The notes under the pieces were generated by a model, which had not been told where the DNA came from, did no database searches, and saw only the letters and a program-made list of their open reading frames with translations. From NCBI GenBank assembly GCA_024275575.1, contig JAJRYV010000045.1, positions 23,220 to 55,219 on the forward strand: 32,000 nt of DNA. The letters run 5' to 3'. Positions within the stretch are counted from its first letter, which is position 1. Each line of letters begins with the position of its first letter. The position numbers were made by a program, and so were the translations under genes. The stretch is from a bacterium (GTDB lineage: Bacteria; Zhuqueibacterota; Zhuqueibacteria; Zhuqueibacterales; Geothermadaptataceae). Below, piece by piece: positions 16,437 through 26,212 of the stretch.

Positions 16437-19328
16437 TCAGTTGACTGTCCCGCGCTTGACGATTTCTACCGCTACCCGGCGGTTTTGCTTGCGGCCTTCA
16501 TCTGTGGCGTTTGTCGCAACCGGAAATTTCGAGCTGTATCCGACAGCTTGCATCCGCTCTTCCGCCACACCTTTTTCAGCAAAATAGGCCAGCACAAAAC
16601 GGGCGCGTTTCAGCGATAAATCGCGATTATGGCCGTCGCTCCCCAGGCTGTCTGTATGGCCGGAAATCAAAATAATGCGGGCTGAATCGGCATAGAGTTT
16701 CGGCAGGTAACGGTCGAGGAAGCTGTCTAGTGCACTCTCGGTTTTGCGGGAAAAGCTCGACTGGTTCAGGTCGAATTTAACAATCAAATCCGTCGCCACA
16801 TCGATGACAAATTCAGCGCGGTTATCGGCTGCATTTTTGTCTTTTTCCAGCACAATTTCACTGCGGTTGATGATATCCAGAATAAAATTATCCCCCAGCG
16901 AAACACGCCGGTTGGCCTGTTTGCCGGCTTTTGTTGCATTGCTGGCAATCGGCCGCATTTCACCATAGCCGCGGGCGATAACACTGTTACTGTCTACCCA
17001 TTTGTTCAATTTCCCGGATGCGTCCCCGAGTTGCAGCAAATATTTCAGCACGCTGTTCGCCCGACGCTGCGAAAGCGCCTGATTGCGCGGTTCCGTATCG
17101 TCGGAATCGGTGTGCCCCTGAATTTCCACCGCCTTGTAAGGATTGTATGCAATGCGGGCAGCAAAGATTTTCAAAATGCGTTTATGCTCTTTTTGCAAAT
17201 TCATTTTGGAGTTCGGCCGTAAAAAATGTTTGGCAACATCGAATTCCGTATTGGCGAACGGATCCGTAAGATTAACCGTGTACTCAATTGTTTTTATTTC
17301 CCCTGCCGGCAGCTCAGCGATGCGCCAGTTGAGGATGTCCCCATTGACTTTTCCGGAGAAATTGTCAAAACTTTTCCATTTGACCAACGGCGAAAGCGTA
17401 TCAGCCACCTGGATATTTTTTGCCGGGGCAAAACCCTTGTTGGCAATCGTCAAGCGATATTTCAAATCGCCGCCGAATTTGCTGGGTTTCAATCCGCTAA
17501 GCTCGATTTTTTCGATTGAAACATTGGTAAAACAGCTTGAGTCTGCCCGCATTTCGTTATTGTCCTCATCGTTCTCCAGAATCAAATCGCTGGCATCCAC
17601 GCGGGCGATCAGGTGATAATCACCCCGGGTTGCATCGAGCAGAATTCGCCTTTGGAAGCGTTCCCCTACCCCGAGAAAAGCCAGGGTGTCCTGTAAGATC
17701 AGATTACCGCCAAGATTATTTTCAACAGGTGATTTGCTGGAGAGCACCTCCATTCCTCGCGACACCATCAAATCGACAATAGTTATAATCACCCGCTCGG
17801 CCGGCGCCTGGCCGTTATTGATGATCACCAATTCCGCCGCTGGTTCTTCACCGCACGCCACAGTGAGTTTTTCGATTTCGAGATCAGGCAAGCGAATGAT
17901 AAATTTGGAGATATGCCCGCCGTTCACATCGGCGATGCGATAGTGATGGTCTGAATCATAAGCGATAGTGGTCCAGAAATAGGTACCAGCACGCAACGCT
18001 TTAATTTTTGCATATCGATCTGAAACCGCCAGGCTGTGCAGCGGCCGGTTCCCACCGGTTGAGAGCAGTTTTTGATCGATAAATTGACGCTTTTTGCTAT
18101 ACTCTTTACCATACTCTACCCGGATATTTTTCAAAATCCGGATGAGTTTGGTGCTGTCATCATCGACGAGAAGCCAATATTTTACATTGTCAAAAATATC
18201 GCGATCGAGGGATTGCTGCCAATTCAATTCAACGGAATTATGGTAAATTTCCGCGGCAAATTGCGGATATTGCAGCCGGAAAGGTTCGGGGCCGACGAAC
18301 AGGTGGGATGCGGAAACATGCAACGTGTTGGCGAAATGGCCGATATTTTGTTTGTCCGAGCTTTCGAAACCACTCATCTCAAACTGGCCGGAAAAATTCC
18401 TGCCCAACAGTTTGTTTTTCAAAACACCGAATTTATCATCGAGACCGAGACTGATACCGAAGGAATAATTATTGAGCAAACCGCGATTTTTCAAGTTGAG
18501 CACGTATCCCACATAAACGGAAAAGACGCGCCCGAGATTGAGTTCGTAAGACAGACTGGCGTGATCATCTTCATCTTGAATGGCACGATAACCGAGGCCA
18601 AAACGCATCTGTGTGCCGCTGTGACTGCCGAGATAGAGACTCGAACCCAGGCGTACCGTCCGCGGTAGCGGTGTTTCCTCACGCACATATTTAATTGGCC
18701 GGCCGAGGTTCTGCACCGAAGCGCCAGCGGCAAATCGCCATGACTTGAGAAATGGAATTTTACTGTGCAGCGCAGCCCGCAGCAGTGATTTATAAATCAC
18801 GCCAAAATCGAAAGCCAGGGTGCTGGCCTGAAAACGATCGAGTTCACTGCGAAAATATTTGGCGTGCACACCGAGAGCGAAGCGATCGGCAAAACCCGGA
18901 AGCGTCAGACCATAACCGGCGCTTGCAATGAAATCACCCGCCTGCACCACGGGCATGCGATCTTTCGTGCTGTCGAATTCCGGCAGAAAAATATTGGAAA
19001 AACTGAGCACCAGTTTCTGCTGCCGCAGGTTGCCAATGCGAAATCGCTTGCCGGCAAAAATCGAAGTGGCGGTAAAATCGCTGAGCCAGTCGCTGTAAGC
19101 CGCTGACCAGCCGCTTTCCCGCCCCATGCCGATGAGGCCGGGGTTGCCCCAAAAACCGTAGAGATTATCGATATCGCTGACCAGCGCCGGACCGCTCACC
19201 TGCTGTTTGGCGCCCGGCAGAAATTTCAGAAAAGCGCCGCCGGTGCGAATCTGTGCCGGTAATTCCTGACAAACGAAAAAGTAGGCAACGACGAGAAATG
19301 AAATTATTAAAATTGATTTTTGTCCCAT
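16437..19328 (-). CDS. Large outer-membrane protein: PorV/FadL-like N-terminal barrel + CARDB/DUF11-like Ig modules + two C-terminal OmpA-type peptidoglycan-binding domains
   Basis: Signal peptide, then GGAFLKFLPGAKQQVSGPALVSDIDNLYGFWGNPGLIG (PorV-family opening pattern). CARDB-like ...LILENDEDNNE. DUF11-like LKYRLTIANKGFAPAKNIQVADTL. OmpA motifs occur twice: IQGHTDSDD...ALSQRRANSV...NRRVSL and ISGHTDSLGSDGHNRDLSLKRARFV...NRRVAVEIV. Confidence 0.8.
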   Translation of the reverse strand: MGQKSILIISFLVVAYFFVCQELPAQIRTGGAFLKFLPGAKQQVSGPALVSDIDNLYGFWGNPGLIGMGRESGWSAAYSDWLSDFTATSIFAGKRFRIGNLRQQKLVLSFSNIFLPEFDSTKDRMPVVQAGDFIASAGYGLTLPGFADRFALGVHAKYFRSELDRFQASTLAFDFGVIYKSLLRAALHSKIPFLKSWRFAAGASVQNLGRPIKYVREETPLPRTVRLGSSLYLGSHSGTQMRFGLGYRAIQDEDDHASLSYELNLGRVFSVYVGYVLNLKNRGLLNNYSFGISLGLDDKFGVLKNKLLGRNFSGQFEMSGFESSDKQNIGHFANTLHVSASHLFVGPEPFRLQYPQFAAEIYHNSVELNWQQSLDRDIFDNVKYWLLVDDDSTKLIRILKNIRVEYGKEYSKKRQFIDQKLLSTGGNRPLHSLAVSDRYAKIKALRAGTYFWTTIAYDSDHHYRIADVNGGHISKFIIRLPDLEIEKLTVACGEEPAAELVIINNGQAPAERVIITIVDLMVSRGMEVLSSKSPVENNLGGNLILQDTLAFLGVGERFQRRILLDATRGDYHLIARVDASDLILENDEDNNEMRADSSCFTNVSIEKIELSGLKPSKFGGDLKYRLTIANKGFAPAKNIQVADTLSPLVKWKSFDNFSGKVNGDILNWRIAELPAGEIKTIEYTVNLTDPFANTEFDVAKHFLRPNSKMNLQKEHKRILKIFAARIAYNPYKAVEIQGHTDSDDTEPRNQALSQRRANSVLKYLLQLGDASGKLNKWVDSNSVIARGYGEMRPIASNATKAGKQANRRVSLGDNFILDIINRSEIVLEKDKNAADNRAEFVIDVATDLIVKFDLNQSSFSRKTESALDSFLDRYLPKLYADSARIILISGHTDSLGSDGHNRDLSLKRARFVLAYFAEKGVAEERMQAVGYSSKFPVATNATDEGRKQNRRVAVEIVKRGTVN

Positions 19329-22180
19329 TATTGCACCAGTAAAAACTTAAGTTTACAATGTTGATCGGTCGTGTGTACGACCAGAATATAAGCGCCGCTG
19401 CCCATTTTTTTGCCGGAATTGACAAGACCGTTCCAATAGGTTTTGTGCAGCACTCCGGCGGAATAAACCCCCTCCTTCACCGTCGTGATATATGTTCCAA
19501 GAAGATCGTAAATTTTGATGGAAACCCGGTCGGTGCGGCAGGTTTCGAAATTGATTTCGAGATCGCTATCAACAGCCGGGGCGTAGACATTTTTATCGAG
19601 GAAACAATCAAGGCCGCAAAAAACCTGCAGCGAGTGTTCCGCCTTATTATTGCCCGGCTTTACATCGTCTGGATACTCGACGGTTGCCCGGTTTTGCAAT
19701 TCTGCCGGCAATTGCGGGATATCGGATAAAATAGTTGCCGTATATCGCAAAAATATTTTTTCACCGGGCTGTAATATGCGGTCGAAATACCAGCGGCCGC
19801 TATTTGTTGTTGAAAAATCCGGCCGCAGGCTGAAATCAGTGAGTTGCAGATAAATGGAAGCGCTGTCGGCGAGGGTGAAATTTTGAGCGCTGCCGGGCCC
19901 GTTGTTGGTGATTTCCAGTTCAAATTCGATTTCATCGCCGATTTTCCCACCCGCCTGCATCGCCCGCTTGAGAATGCTCAGGTCGGCCGGTAAATTTATT
20001 CTATCCGGCCGCAGGATTACCAACGCCGAATCCTGATTATTGCCCGAATTGCCGTCGCCCGGACTGACGATCTCAACAAAATTTTGCAGGGAAATAAAAT
20101 TTGCACCTGCAGCCGTGGCGCTCCCCTGAATAGTCAAATCGAGCTGTGCTGCGGGAGACAGAAAAAATCCCGGCCAGCGAATGGTATCGCTGTTTACTGT
20201 CAATCCCGGCTGCGAAGAAGTGATGTCCTCCGCGGTAAAACCCTGTGGCCATTTTTCCAGCAGATAAAAACTGAAAACCGTATCGGGCCCGAGATTGCTG
20301 ATTTCAATTTGATAATTGATAAACTGCCCGTAGTCAACAGTATCTTTTTGCGCCTGCTTGGTGACGCGCAAATCGCTGGAACGGGGAGTTGTACAGTCAC
20401 CGATTTTCACAGCGACTTGAGCAGAATTATTTGCCGCGAGGCTATCGTTTTTTGCGAATAAACTGGCGCGGGCCAGCATTTCCCCGGAAAAAACAGCAGG
20501 GACAAACGCGTCGATTTCAAACACTGCACTATCGCCGGCAGTGAGAAAATCCTGAGATGTCTGCCACAGAACAAAGCCCTGAGCCGAATCGATTTGCTGC
20601 CAGTAATCCGGCAGATTGAACAACAATGTTGCGGGCAAACCGGCTTGCAAAATAATGCTGCCGCTTGCGGTCGGCCCCGGATTTCGCACCGTATAGCGAA
20701 AACGGATGCTATCAGCAAGACAAACCGAATCCGCCGATGCCTGCAGATCGAGCGCCAGATCGGTGGTCTGATAAACATGCAGGGTCGAATCACGATTGTT
20801 GGCCGGATTGCTATCATATGGCGCGGCAACGCTGACTTTATTTTCGAGGAAAAGAGTTTGATCGGCGACGAGGCCTTCCAGTAGTTGCGCCTGATAACTA
20901 AAGATCAGCGAATCACCAGCTGATATTTTGCGATCGACCAGCCAGAAAAAACCTGAATCGTCGGTGCTGTCCGGTTCAGTTGTAAAATTGAAGGCGTACA
21001 GAAATTTATCCAGCGTATCCCGCACTGTAAATGCCGAGGCCTCATCGGGCCCAAGATTGCGCAGCACGAGGCGATAATCCAAAATCCCCGCTGCTGCGGG
21101 GAAACGCCAGACGCCGCTTTTTTCAATTGCCAAATCATAAACCGGCGCACTGCAGCGCGGATCAACGAGAATGGATTGCCGCACGAACTGGCTATCGAGT
21201 TGCGTATCACTGTTAGTAAAAATCTGGCAAATTAATTCCACAGTCGTGATACTGTCAAGTTGATCAAAAGTGATTTCAAGGGCAAGGTTTTGTTGAAAAT
21301 TCAATAAATCCGTCAGGCCCTGTGCCCCGGGTATCCAGCGGAAACTCAGCAGTGAGTCGAGACGAGAACTCTGCCATTCCGCGCTGGTATTTTTAATGGT
21401 CATACCGGGTGGTTCGACCATTTTTAAAACCAGACTGTCGATTTCCGATAGATCGAACAATTGCATGTCCGCTTCATCAACATCAAAAACGACATCGAGC
21501 TGACCGCGTTGAATGGCACAGTCCATGGTGAATTGCGGGTTGCATTGCAGGCGCAAATCATTTGTACAGAATGGTGAAAGCAAACGAACAAAAAAGATTT
21601 CAACACTTTCAGGTTCACTCCTGCCGCCGATTGAATTGCCGCTATTGGCGCCGGCGGAACCGGTGTCTGATAAATCGTAATAATTGACAAAATCAGGATG
21701 GGCTTCGGCGATTATTTTATAATGATTGATAATGATGGTATTGCACCCTTTTTCAAAATAAAACAAACCGGCGTCGCGGTTAACCAGCCCGTCGAACGCG
21801 GCGGTAGAATCATCAACCACGATTTTATAAGCCGCGTCAGCCGTGGTGATGTTGGGGTCTTGCGGGAAACGCAGTTGGCTGTTGCGAACATGCACATAAA
21901 AACTTTCATTTTTCTGTTTATTACCGCTATTGTAGTGGGCGAGTGTTTGGATATGAAAAAAACCTTCTTCGGGAAAATCATCGATATCGAAAGAAACACT
22001 GCGCGTCCAGTTGACCCAATGGGTGGTGTCGGCGAAAACACGCAATTCGTTATGCATGAAATCAAAAGAATAAGTTGAGCAACTATCCTGTGCTATCACC
22101 GGCATGGTGAACAGGAAAAAAAAGACGGGAAATAGCAGACGCCACAAAACCTGTTTGAAGTTTTGTTTGATTTTTTTCAT
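19328..22180 (-). CDS. DUF11-repeat cell-surface protein with a C-terminal FlgD-Ig / T9SS-type sorting domain
   Basis: Signal peptide LLFPVFFFLFTMPVIAQ. At least 4 repeats of the type DLxxxKxxx...xYxxxxxNxGPxxAxxxxxxD (for example DLSILKRAMQAGGKIGDEIEFELEITNNGPGSAQNFTLAD). C-terminus: VSIKIYDLLGTYITTV...YWNGLVNSGKKMGSGAYILVVHT...KFLLVQ. The stop overlaps the start of the downstream gene by 1 nt. Confidence 0.75.
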   Translation of the reverse strand: MKKIKQNFKQVLWRLLFPVFFFLFTMPVIAQDSCSTYSFDFMHNELRVFADTTHWVNWTRSVSFDIDDFPEEGFFHIQTLAHYNSGNKQKNESFYVHVRNSQLRFPQDPNITTADAAYKIVVDDSTAAFDGLVNRDAGLFYFEKGCNTIIINHYKIIAEAHPDFVNYYDLSDTGSAGANSGNSIGGRSEPESVEIFFVRLLSPFCTNDLRLQCNPQFTMDCAIQRGQLDVVFDVDEADMQLFDLSEIDSLVLKMVEPPGMTIKNTSAEWQSSRLDSLLSFRWIPGAQGLTDLLNFQQNLALEITFDQLDSITTVELICQIFTNSDTQLDSQFVRQSILVDPRCSAPVYDLAIEKSGVWRFPAAAGILDYRLVLRNLGPDEASAFTVRDTLDKFLYAFNFTTEPDSTDDSGFFWLVDRKISAGDSLIFSYQAQLLEGLVADQTLFLENKVSVAAPYDSNPANNRDSTLHVYQTTDLALDLQASADSVCLADSIRFRYTVRNPGPTASGSIILQAGLPATLLFNLPDYWQQIDSAQGFVLWQTSQDFLTAGDSAVFEIDAFVPAVFSGEMLARASLFAKNDSLAANNSAQVAVKIGDCTTPRSSDLRVTKQAQKDTVDYGQFINYQIEISNLGPDTVFSFYLLEKWPQGFTAEDITSSQPGLTVNSDTIRWPGFFLSPAAQLDLTIQGSATAAGANFISLQNFVEIVSPGDGNSGNNQDSALVILRPDRINLPADLSILKRAMQAGGKIGDEIEFELEITNNGPGSAQNFTLADSASIYLQLTDFSLRPDFSTTNSGRWYFDRILQPGEKIFLRYTATILSDIPQLPAELQNRATVEYPDDVKPGNNKAEHSLQVFCGLDCFLDKNVYAPAVDSDLEINFETCRTDRVSIKIYDLLGTYITTVKEGVYSAGVLHKTYWNGLVNSGKKMGSGAYILVVHTTDQHCKLKFLLVQ

Positions 22181-22434
22181 GTGTTTAGAGACCAGGTTTT
22201 TCTTATTACTGTCAAGGCTAAGTTTTCAATGTCATACCTACGCTCGGTTTATTGAGCATTGGGGGAGGAGCACAAGAGATGGGCCTGCTGGAATGACAAC
22301 CAATGGATTGTAGTGAAACTACAAGCGAATAAAAAATTTTCATAAAGAAATGCAAATTAATTTATAATACAAGTTAAATAATTTAATTTCAGCCTGACAA
22401 TTCCCCGTCTCCACTCTTCAACATGTTTTAGTAA

Positions 22435-22453
22435 TTTCACATGCAAAGAAAGG
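22435..22453. repeat. Repeat family B fragment (reverse orientation), abutting a family A unit
   Basis: tttcacatgcaaagaaagg is the reverse complement of cctttctttgcatgtgaaa. Compare 13491-13514, tttctttgcatgctttgcgtgaaa. Confidence 0.5.
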
Positions 22454-22475
22454 AATCTGTTCAGACAATCGAAGG

Positions 22476-22527
22476 GTTCCCGCTTTGGCAAGCTCAGCGT
22501 CCGTCCCACCCAACGGTGGCTGAGCCT
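22476..22527. repeat. Repeat family A, full hairpin unit (upstream of glnS)
   Basis: ttcccgctttggcaaGCTCAGCgtccgtcccacccaacggtgGCTGAGCct. It has a 7-bp stem (22492-98 / 22519-25) and is roughly 80% identical by eye to 24637-24688. Confidence 0.75.
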
Positions 22528-22547
22528 GAAGCTTGTTCCTCGGGTGG

Positions 22548-22574
22548 TTGCATCCCGCAGGCTCAGCGTCCGTC
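22548..22574. repeat. Repeat family A, half unit
   Basis: ttgcatcccgcaggctcagcgtccgtc shares tcccgc...gctcagcgtccgt with the neighbouring copy. Confidence 0.6.
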
Positions 22575-22739
22575 TGCATGAACAAGTGCTTACATTGGTT
22601 TATAGCTGATTATTAATGGGAAGTAAAACAGTTTCAAAACCACACATAATTCGAACTTGAGATTGTTAAAATAATTCGTATATTAACTTCAATTTTTTTA
22701 ACTGATCAACCAGGATTCAAAATCAGCAAAGGCGCTTAA

Positions 22740-24458
22740 ATGTCTGCAGGAAAAAACACCGCGGCCCCGACCGGAGGAAACGACAGCCACAAACCATCGA
22801 ACTTTATTAAAAACATTATCGACGAAGACCTGAAGAACGGCAAAAATGATTCGCGCGTGCACACCCGCTTCCCACCAGAACCCAACGGTTATTTGCACAT
22901 CGGGCATGCCAAATCCATTTGCCTGAATTTCGGGTTGGCGCAGGAATATAACGGTTTGTGCAATCTGCGTTTTGACGACACCAACCCTGTTAAAGAAGAA
23001 GACGAATACGTCAACGCCATCATCGAAGACGTCAAGTGGCTGGGATTCGACTGGCAGGAACGGCTATATTTCGCCTCCGACTATTTTGAGAAAATGTACG
23101 AATTCGCCATTGAGTTGATCAAAAAAGGCAAAGCCTATGTCGAAGACCTGAATGCTGAAGAAATTCGTCAGTATCGCGGCACTTTAACAAAACCGGGCAA
23201 GGCAAGCCCCAGCCGCAACCGCAATATCGCAGAAAATCTCGACCTGTTTGAGCGCATGCGTAAAGGCGAATTCCCTGACGGCGCCAAAGTTCTGCGCGCC
23301 AAAATCGATATGAGCTCCGGCAATATGAATATGCGCGATCCGGTGATGTACCGTATTTTGCATGCCTCACACCACCGCACCGGCGATAAATGGGCGATCT
23401 ACCCCATGTATGATTGGGCGCATGGATTGGAAGATTCCATCGAAAGCATAACGCACAGCATCTGCACACTGGAATTTGAAGACCACCGGCCGTTATACGA
23501 CTGGTTTCTCGATAATCTCGAAGATGTCCACCATCCCCGGCAGATCGAATTTGCCCGTCTGAACCTGACCTATACCGTGATGAGCAAGCGCAAACTGCTG
23601 CGGCTTGTCGCTGAAAAACACGTCTCCGGCTGGGACGATCCACGTATGCCTACGATTGCCGGTATGCGCCGTCGCGGCATCCCACCTGCCGCCATTCGCG
23701 ATTTCTGCAACCGTATCGGGGTGGCTAAAGCCGACAGCATGGTTGACCGCGCCATGTTCGATAGCTGCATTCGTGAGGAATTGAACAAAAAAGCCCAACG
23801 GGTGATGGTGGTGCTCGATCCGGTGAAAGTGGTAATCACCAATTACCCTGAGGATAAAGTCGAAGATCTGCCGGCTGAGAACAATCCGGAAGACGAGAAC
23901 GCCGGCTCACGCATGTTGCCGTTTTCACGGGAAATTTATATCGAGCGTGAAGATTTCCGCGAGGAAGCGCCGAAAAAATTCTTTCGCATGGTGCCGGGGC
24001 GGGAAGTGCGACTAAAGCATGCCTATTACGTCAAATGCACCGATTTTGTTAAAGATGAAACCGGGGAAATCACCGAGATTCACTACGAGTACGACCCCGC
24101 CACCCGTGGCGGCTGGTCCGATGATGGCCGCAAGGTGAAAGGAACATTACACTGGGTTTCCGCCATGCACGCCCTCGATATCGAAGTGCGGCTCTACGAT
24201 CACCTTTTCAGCAAAGAAAATCCCGACGATAGTCGGGACGAGACTGATTTTATCGAATATCTCAACCCGAAAAGTCTGGTGGCACTGAAAAATTGTAAAG
24301 CCGAACCGGGTCTGCGCGAATGCAAGCAGGGTGAACGATTCCAGTTCCTGCGCAAAGGTTATTTCTGTAGTGATAACCTCGATTTTACGGCGGGAAAGCC
24401 GGTTTTCAATCGCATCGTAGCGCTGCGGGATACGTGGAAAAAGATGCAGCAGAAATGA
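22740..24458 (+). CDS. glnS: Glutamine--tRNA ligase
   Basis: [18 protein letters not shown] (HIGH), [11 protein letters not shown] (KMSKS-type), NLRFDDTNP and [12 protein letters not shown] are class-I GlnRS hallmarks. The 572-aa length fits. Confidence 0.97.
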   Translation: MSAGKNTAAPTGGNDSHKPSNFIKNIIDEDLKNGKNDSRVHTRFPPEPNGYLHIGHAKSICLNFGLAQEYNGLCNLRFDDTNPVKEEDEYVNAIIEDVKWLGFDWQERLYFASDYFEKMYEFAIELIKKGKAYVEDLNAEEIRQYRGTLTKPGKASPSRNRNIAENLDLFERMRKGEFPDGAKVLRAKIDMSSGNMNMRDPVMYRILHASHHRTGDKWAIYPMYDWAHGLEDSIESITHSICTLEFEDHRPLYDWFLDNLEDVHHPRQIEFARLNLTYTVMSKRKLLRLVAEKHVSGWDDPRMPTIAGMRRRGIPPAAIRDFCNRIGVAKADSMVDRAMFDSCIREELNKKAQRVMVVLDPVKVVITNYPEDKVEDLPAENNPEDENAGSRMLPFSREIYIEREDFREEAPKKFFRMVPGREVRLKHAYYVKCTDFVKDETGEITEIHYEYDPATRGGWSDDGRKVKGTLHWVSAMHALDIEVRLYDHLFSKENPDDSRDETDFIEYLNPKSLVALKNCKAEPGLRECKQGERFQFLRKGYFCSDNLDFTAGKPVFNRIVALRDTWKKMQQK

Positions 24459-24636
24459 TAAATTGAAGCAAACAACGGTGCAACCATAACCGCTGTGGAT
24501 GAATGCCGCAGCCATTTTTTGGCAGAAAAGGCCAAACCGTTGAGTTCACGAATTAAATATGAACAGTTGGTGTCAGCACTGCGTTCATATCTCGCTTAGG
24601 CCAATTTCGCCACAGGCTGCAGCCTGTCTGAGGGGG

Positions 24637-24688
24637 GGTGCGTCCCGCCTCGGCAAGCTCAACGTCCGTTCCCCAGCGGAGCTGAGCC
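24637..24688. repeat. Repeat family A, full hairpin unit (downstream of glnS)
   Basis: ggtgcgtcccgcctcggcaagctcaacgtccgttccccagcggagctgagcc is co-linear with 22476-22527. Confidence 0.75.
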
Positions 24689-24738
24689 TATCATACTCCA
24701 AGGGATCCCTGCAGGTATAAAAATTCAGGAGGTAAAAA

Positions 24739-25242
24739 ATGATAGTAATTTTCATGCGTACAATGGGGCTGCTTCCTCTGTTGGTCGGTCTTTATCTGAT
24801 TCATTTTAGCGGGAAAACTTTACTCGAGGCTTACCAATCAACCGGCTGGAGCAGCACTGAAGGCGTGGTACTCTCATCAAAAATCGCCTTGTTATCTGTG
24901 ATAGATCGCTCGAGAAGAAACCCCATACCTATCGCCCGGGTTGAATACTCGTACACAGTCGCAGGAAAAACATATACCTCAACCCGCATTTCCCTCAATG
25001 ATTACGGCAGCAACATCAAAGGTCAACAGAAAAAAATCATCAACGGCTACCCTGAGGAGGCAACTGTTAAAGTCTTCTACGATCCCCAAAAACCGGGAAA
25101 TGCCATTCTCGAGCATCGAACGCCTTTCGTTTATTATTTCGGACTTGGCGGCGGCATAATATTCACCTTAATCGGCTATTTATTTATTTTCAAACTACCC
25201 GGACTTTTACACAGCCCGCAGCGAAAATTTCCACAAAAGTGA
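24739..25242 (+). CDS. DUF3592-like membrane protein
   Basis: Strong AGGAGG Shine-Dalgarno sequence 5 nt upstream. N-terminal TM, then GWSSTEGVVLSSKI...ARVEYSYTVAGKTYTS...VKVFYDPQKPGNAILE, then a C-terminal TM. This matches the DUF3592 architecture as recalled. Confidence 0.7.
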   Translation: MIVIFMRTMGLLPLLVGLYLIHFSGKTLLEAYQSTGWSSTEGVVLSSKIALLSVIDRSRRNPIPIARVEYSYTVAGKTYTSTRISLNDYGSNIKGQQKKIINGYPEEATVKVFYDPQKPGNAILEHRTPFVYYFGLGGGIIFTLIGYLFIFKLPGLLHSPQRKFPQK

Positions 25243-25312
25243 ATGGGATTTTTTTTGAATTTTCACTTTTCCCTAACCCAGATAAACCGGAACTTGAAAA
25301 AAAATTCCAAAG

Positions 25313-25389
25313 CGCACGCAAAGTCGCTGAGAATACGCAAAGTTTTTTTTAATCTTTTCTTTGCGATTCCTTTGCGTCTTCGCGTGAAA
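25313..25389. repeat. Repeat family B, palindromic unit
   Basis: gcgCACGCAAAGtCGCTGAGAatACGCAAAGttttttttaatcTTTTCTTTGCGattcCTTTGCGTcttcGCGTGAAAt is co-linear with 13444-13514. Confidence 0.7.
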
Positions 25390-25531
25390 TTTTTTCTTTT
25401 GAGGATTTAGATCAATATTTCTTGCCAAAAAATGGCAGAAAATAATTTGTCAGTTGCTAAGATAGGGAATTTGCATTGCCGCGCACACGGTGAAATGCCG
25501 GTGATATTTGAGGTGATTTTTTATCCGCTAA

Positions 25532-26212
25532 ATGTTGAATATGTCGAATTATTACACGAAAAATCTCGCAGCCGGGCGTCTGAAAAAATGTTATGATCTG
25601 GCGCCCGGACGGGTGCGCCAATATCTCGAGGCAGAAATCGAGACCGTCCGGGCACGCATCAAGCACGGTGATCACGTGCTCGAACTGGGCTGTGGTTACG
25701 GCAGAGTGCTCGCAGCGCTACAAGGTGAGACCGATAACTTGTTCGGCATCGATTTATCGGTTGAAAATCTGCATTTTGCCCGCCATGAATTTTTATCGGG
25801 TCACACAGTCTGTTTATTTGCCATGGACGCTTACAATCTCGCTTTCCGAACACCATTGTTCGATCTCGTTTTTTGCATTCAAAACGGCATTTCCGCTTTT
25901 GGCGGCGAGGCCGGAAAACTGATTCGTGAAGCCATACGCGTCACCAGACCGGGCGGTACGGTGTTTTTTTCCAGTTATGCCAGCAAATTCTGGTCACAGC
26001 GCTTGCATTGGTTCAAAGTTCAGGCAGTGCATGGATTGATCGGCGAGATCGATTATGAGTGCTCGGGCAATGGAATCATCGTTTGTAAAGATGGATTTCG
26101 GGCAACGACTTTTTCGCCGGCAAATTTCGCAAATTTATTAAACGGATTAAACTGCACAGGCCATGTTTTTGAAATCGATAATTCAGCCGTATTTTGTGAA
26201 ATTCGGGTTTAA
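25532..26212 (+). CDS. Class I SAM-dependent methyltransferase
   Basis: Motif I VLELGCGYGRV, post-I LFGIDLS, motif II/III ...FDLVFCIQNGISAF...RPGGTVFFSSY. Confidence 0.85.
   Translation: MLNMSNYYTKNLAAGRLKKCYDLAPGRVRQYLEAEIETVRARIKHGDHVLELGCGYGRVLAALQGETDNLFGIDLSVENLHFARHEFLSGHTVCLFAMDAYNLAFRTPLFDLVFCIQNGISAFGGEAGKLIREAIRVTRPGGTVFFSSYASKFWSQRLHWFKVQAVHGLIGEIDYECSGNGIIVCKDGFRATTFSPANFANLLNGLNCTGHVFEIDNSAVFCEIRV

Noticed and set aside
18072-18668. 198-aa plus-strand ORF. Similar long antisense ORFs are 1715-2197, 4541-5017, 7511-7915, 23119-23643 and 27328-27906.
   Set aside because: They lie entirely inside, and antisense to, strongly supported genes. They have low-complexity or Arg/Cys-rich translations and no recognisable motifs. 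I take them to be shadow ORFs.
24613-24626. Perfect 14-bp palindrome CAGGCTGCAGCCTG downstream of glnS, considered as an operator.
   Set aside because: It occurs once and lies next to a family-A repeat whose variants contain caggctcagc. It is probably part of the repeat rather than a dedicated binding site.
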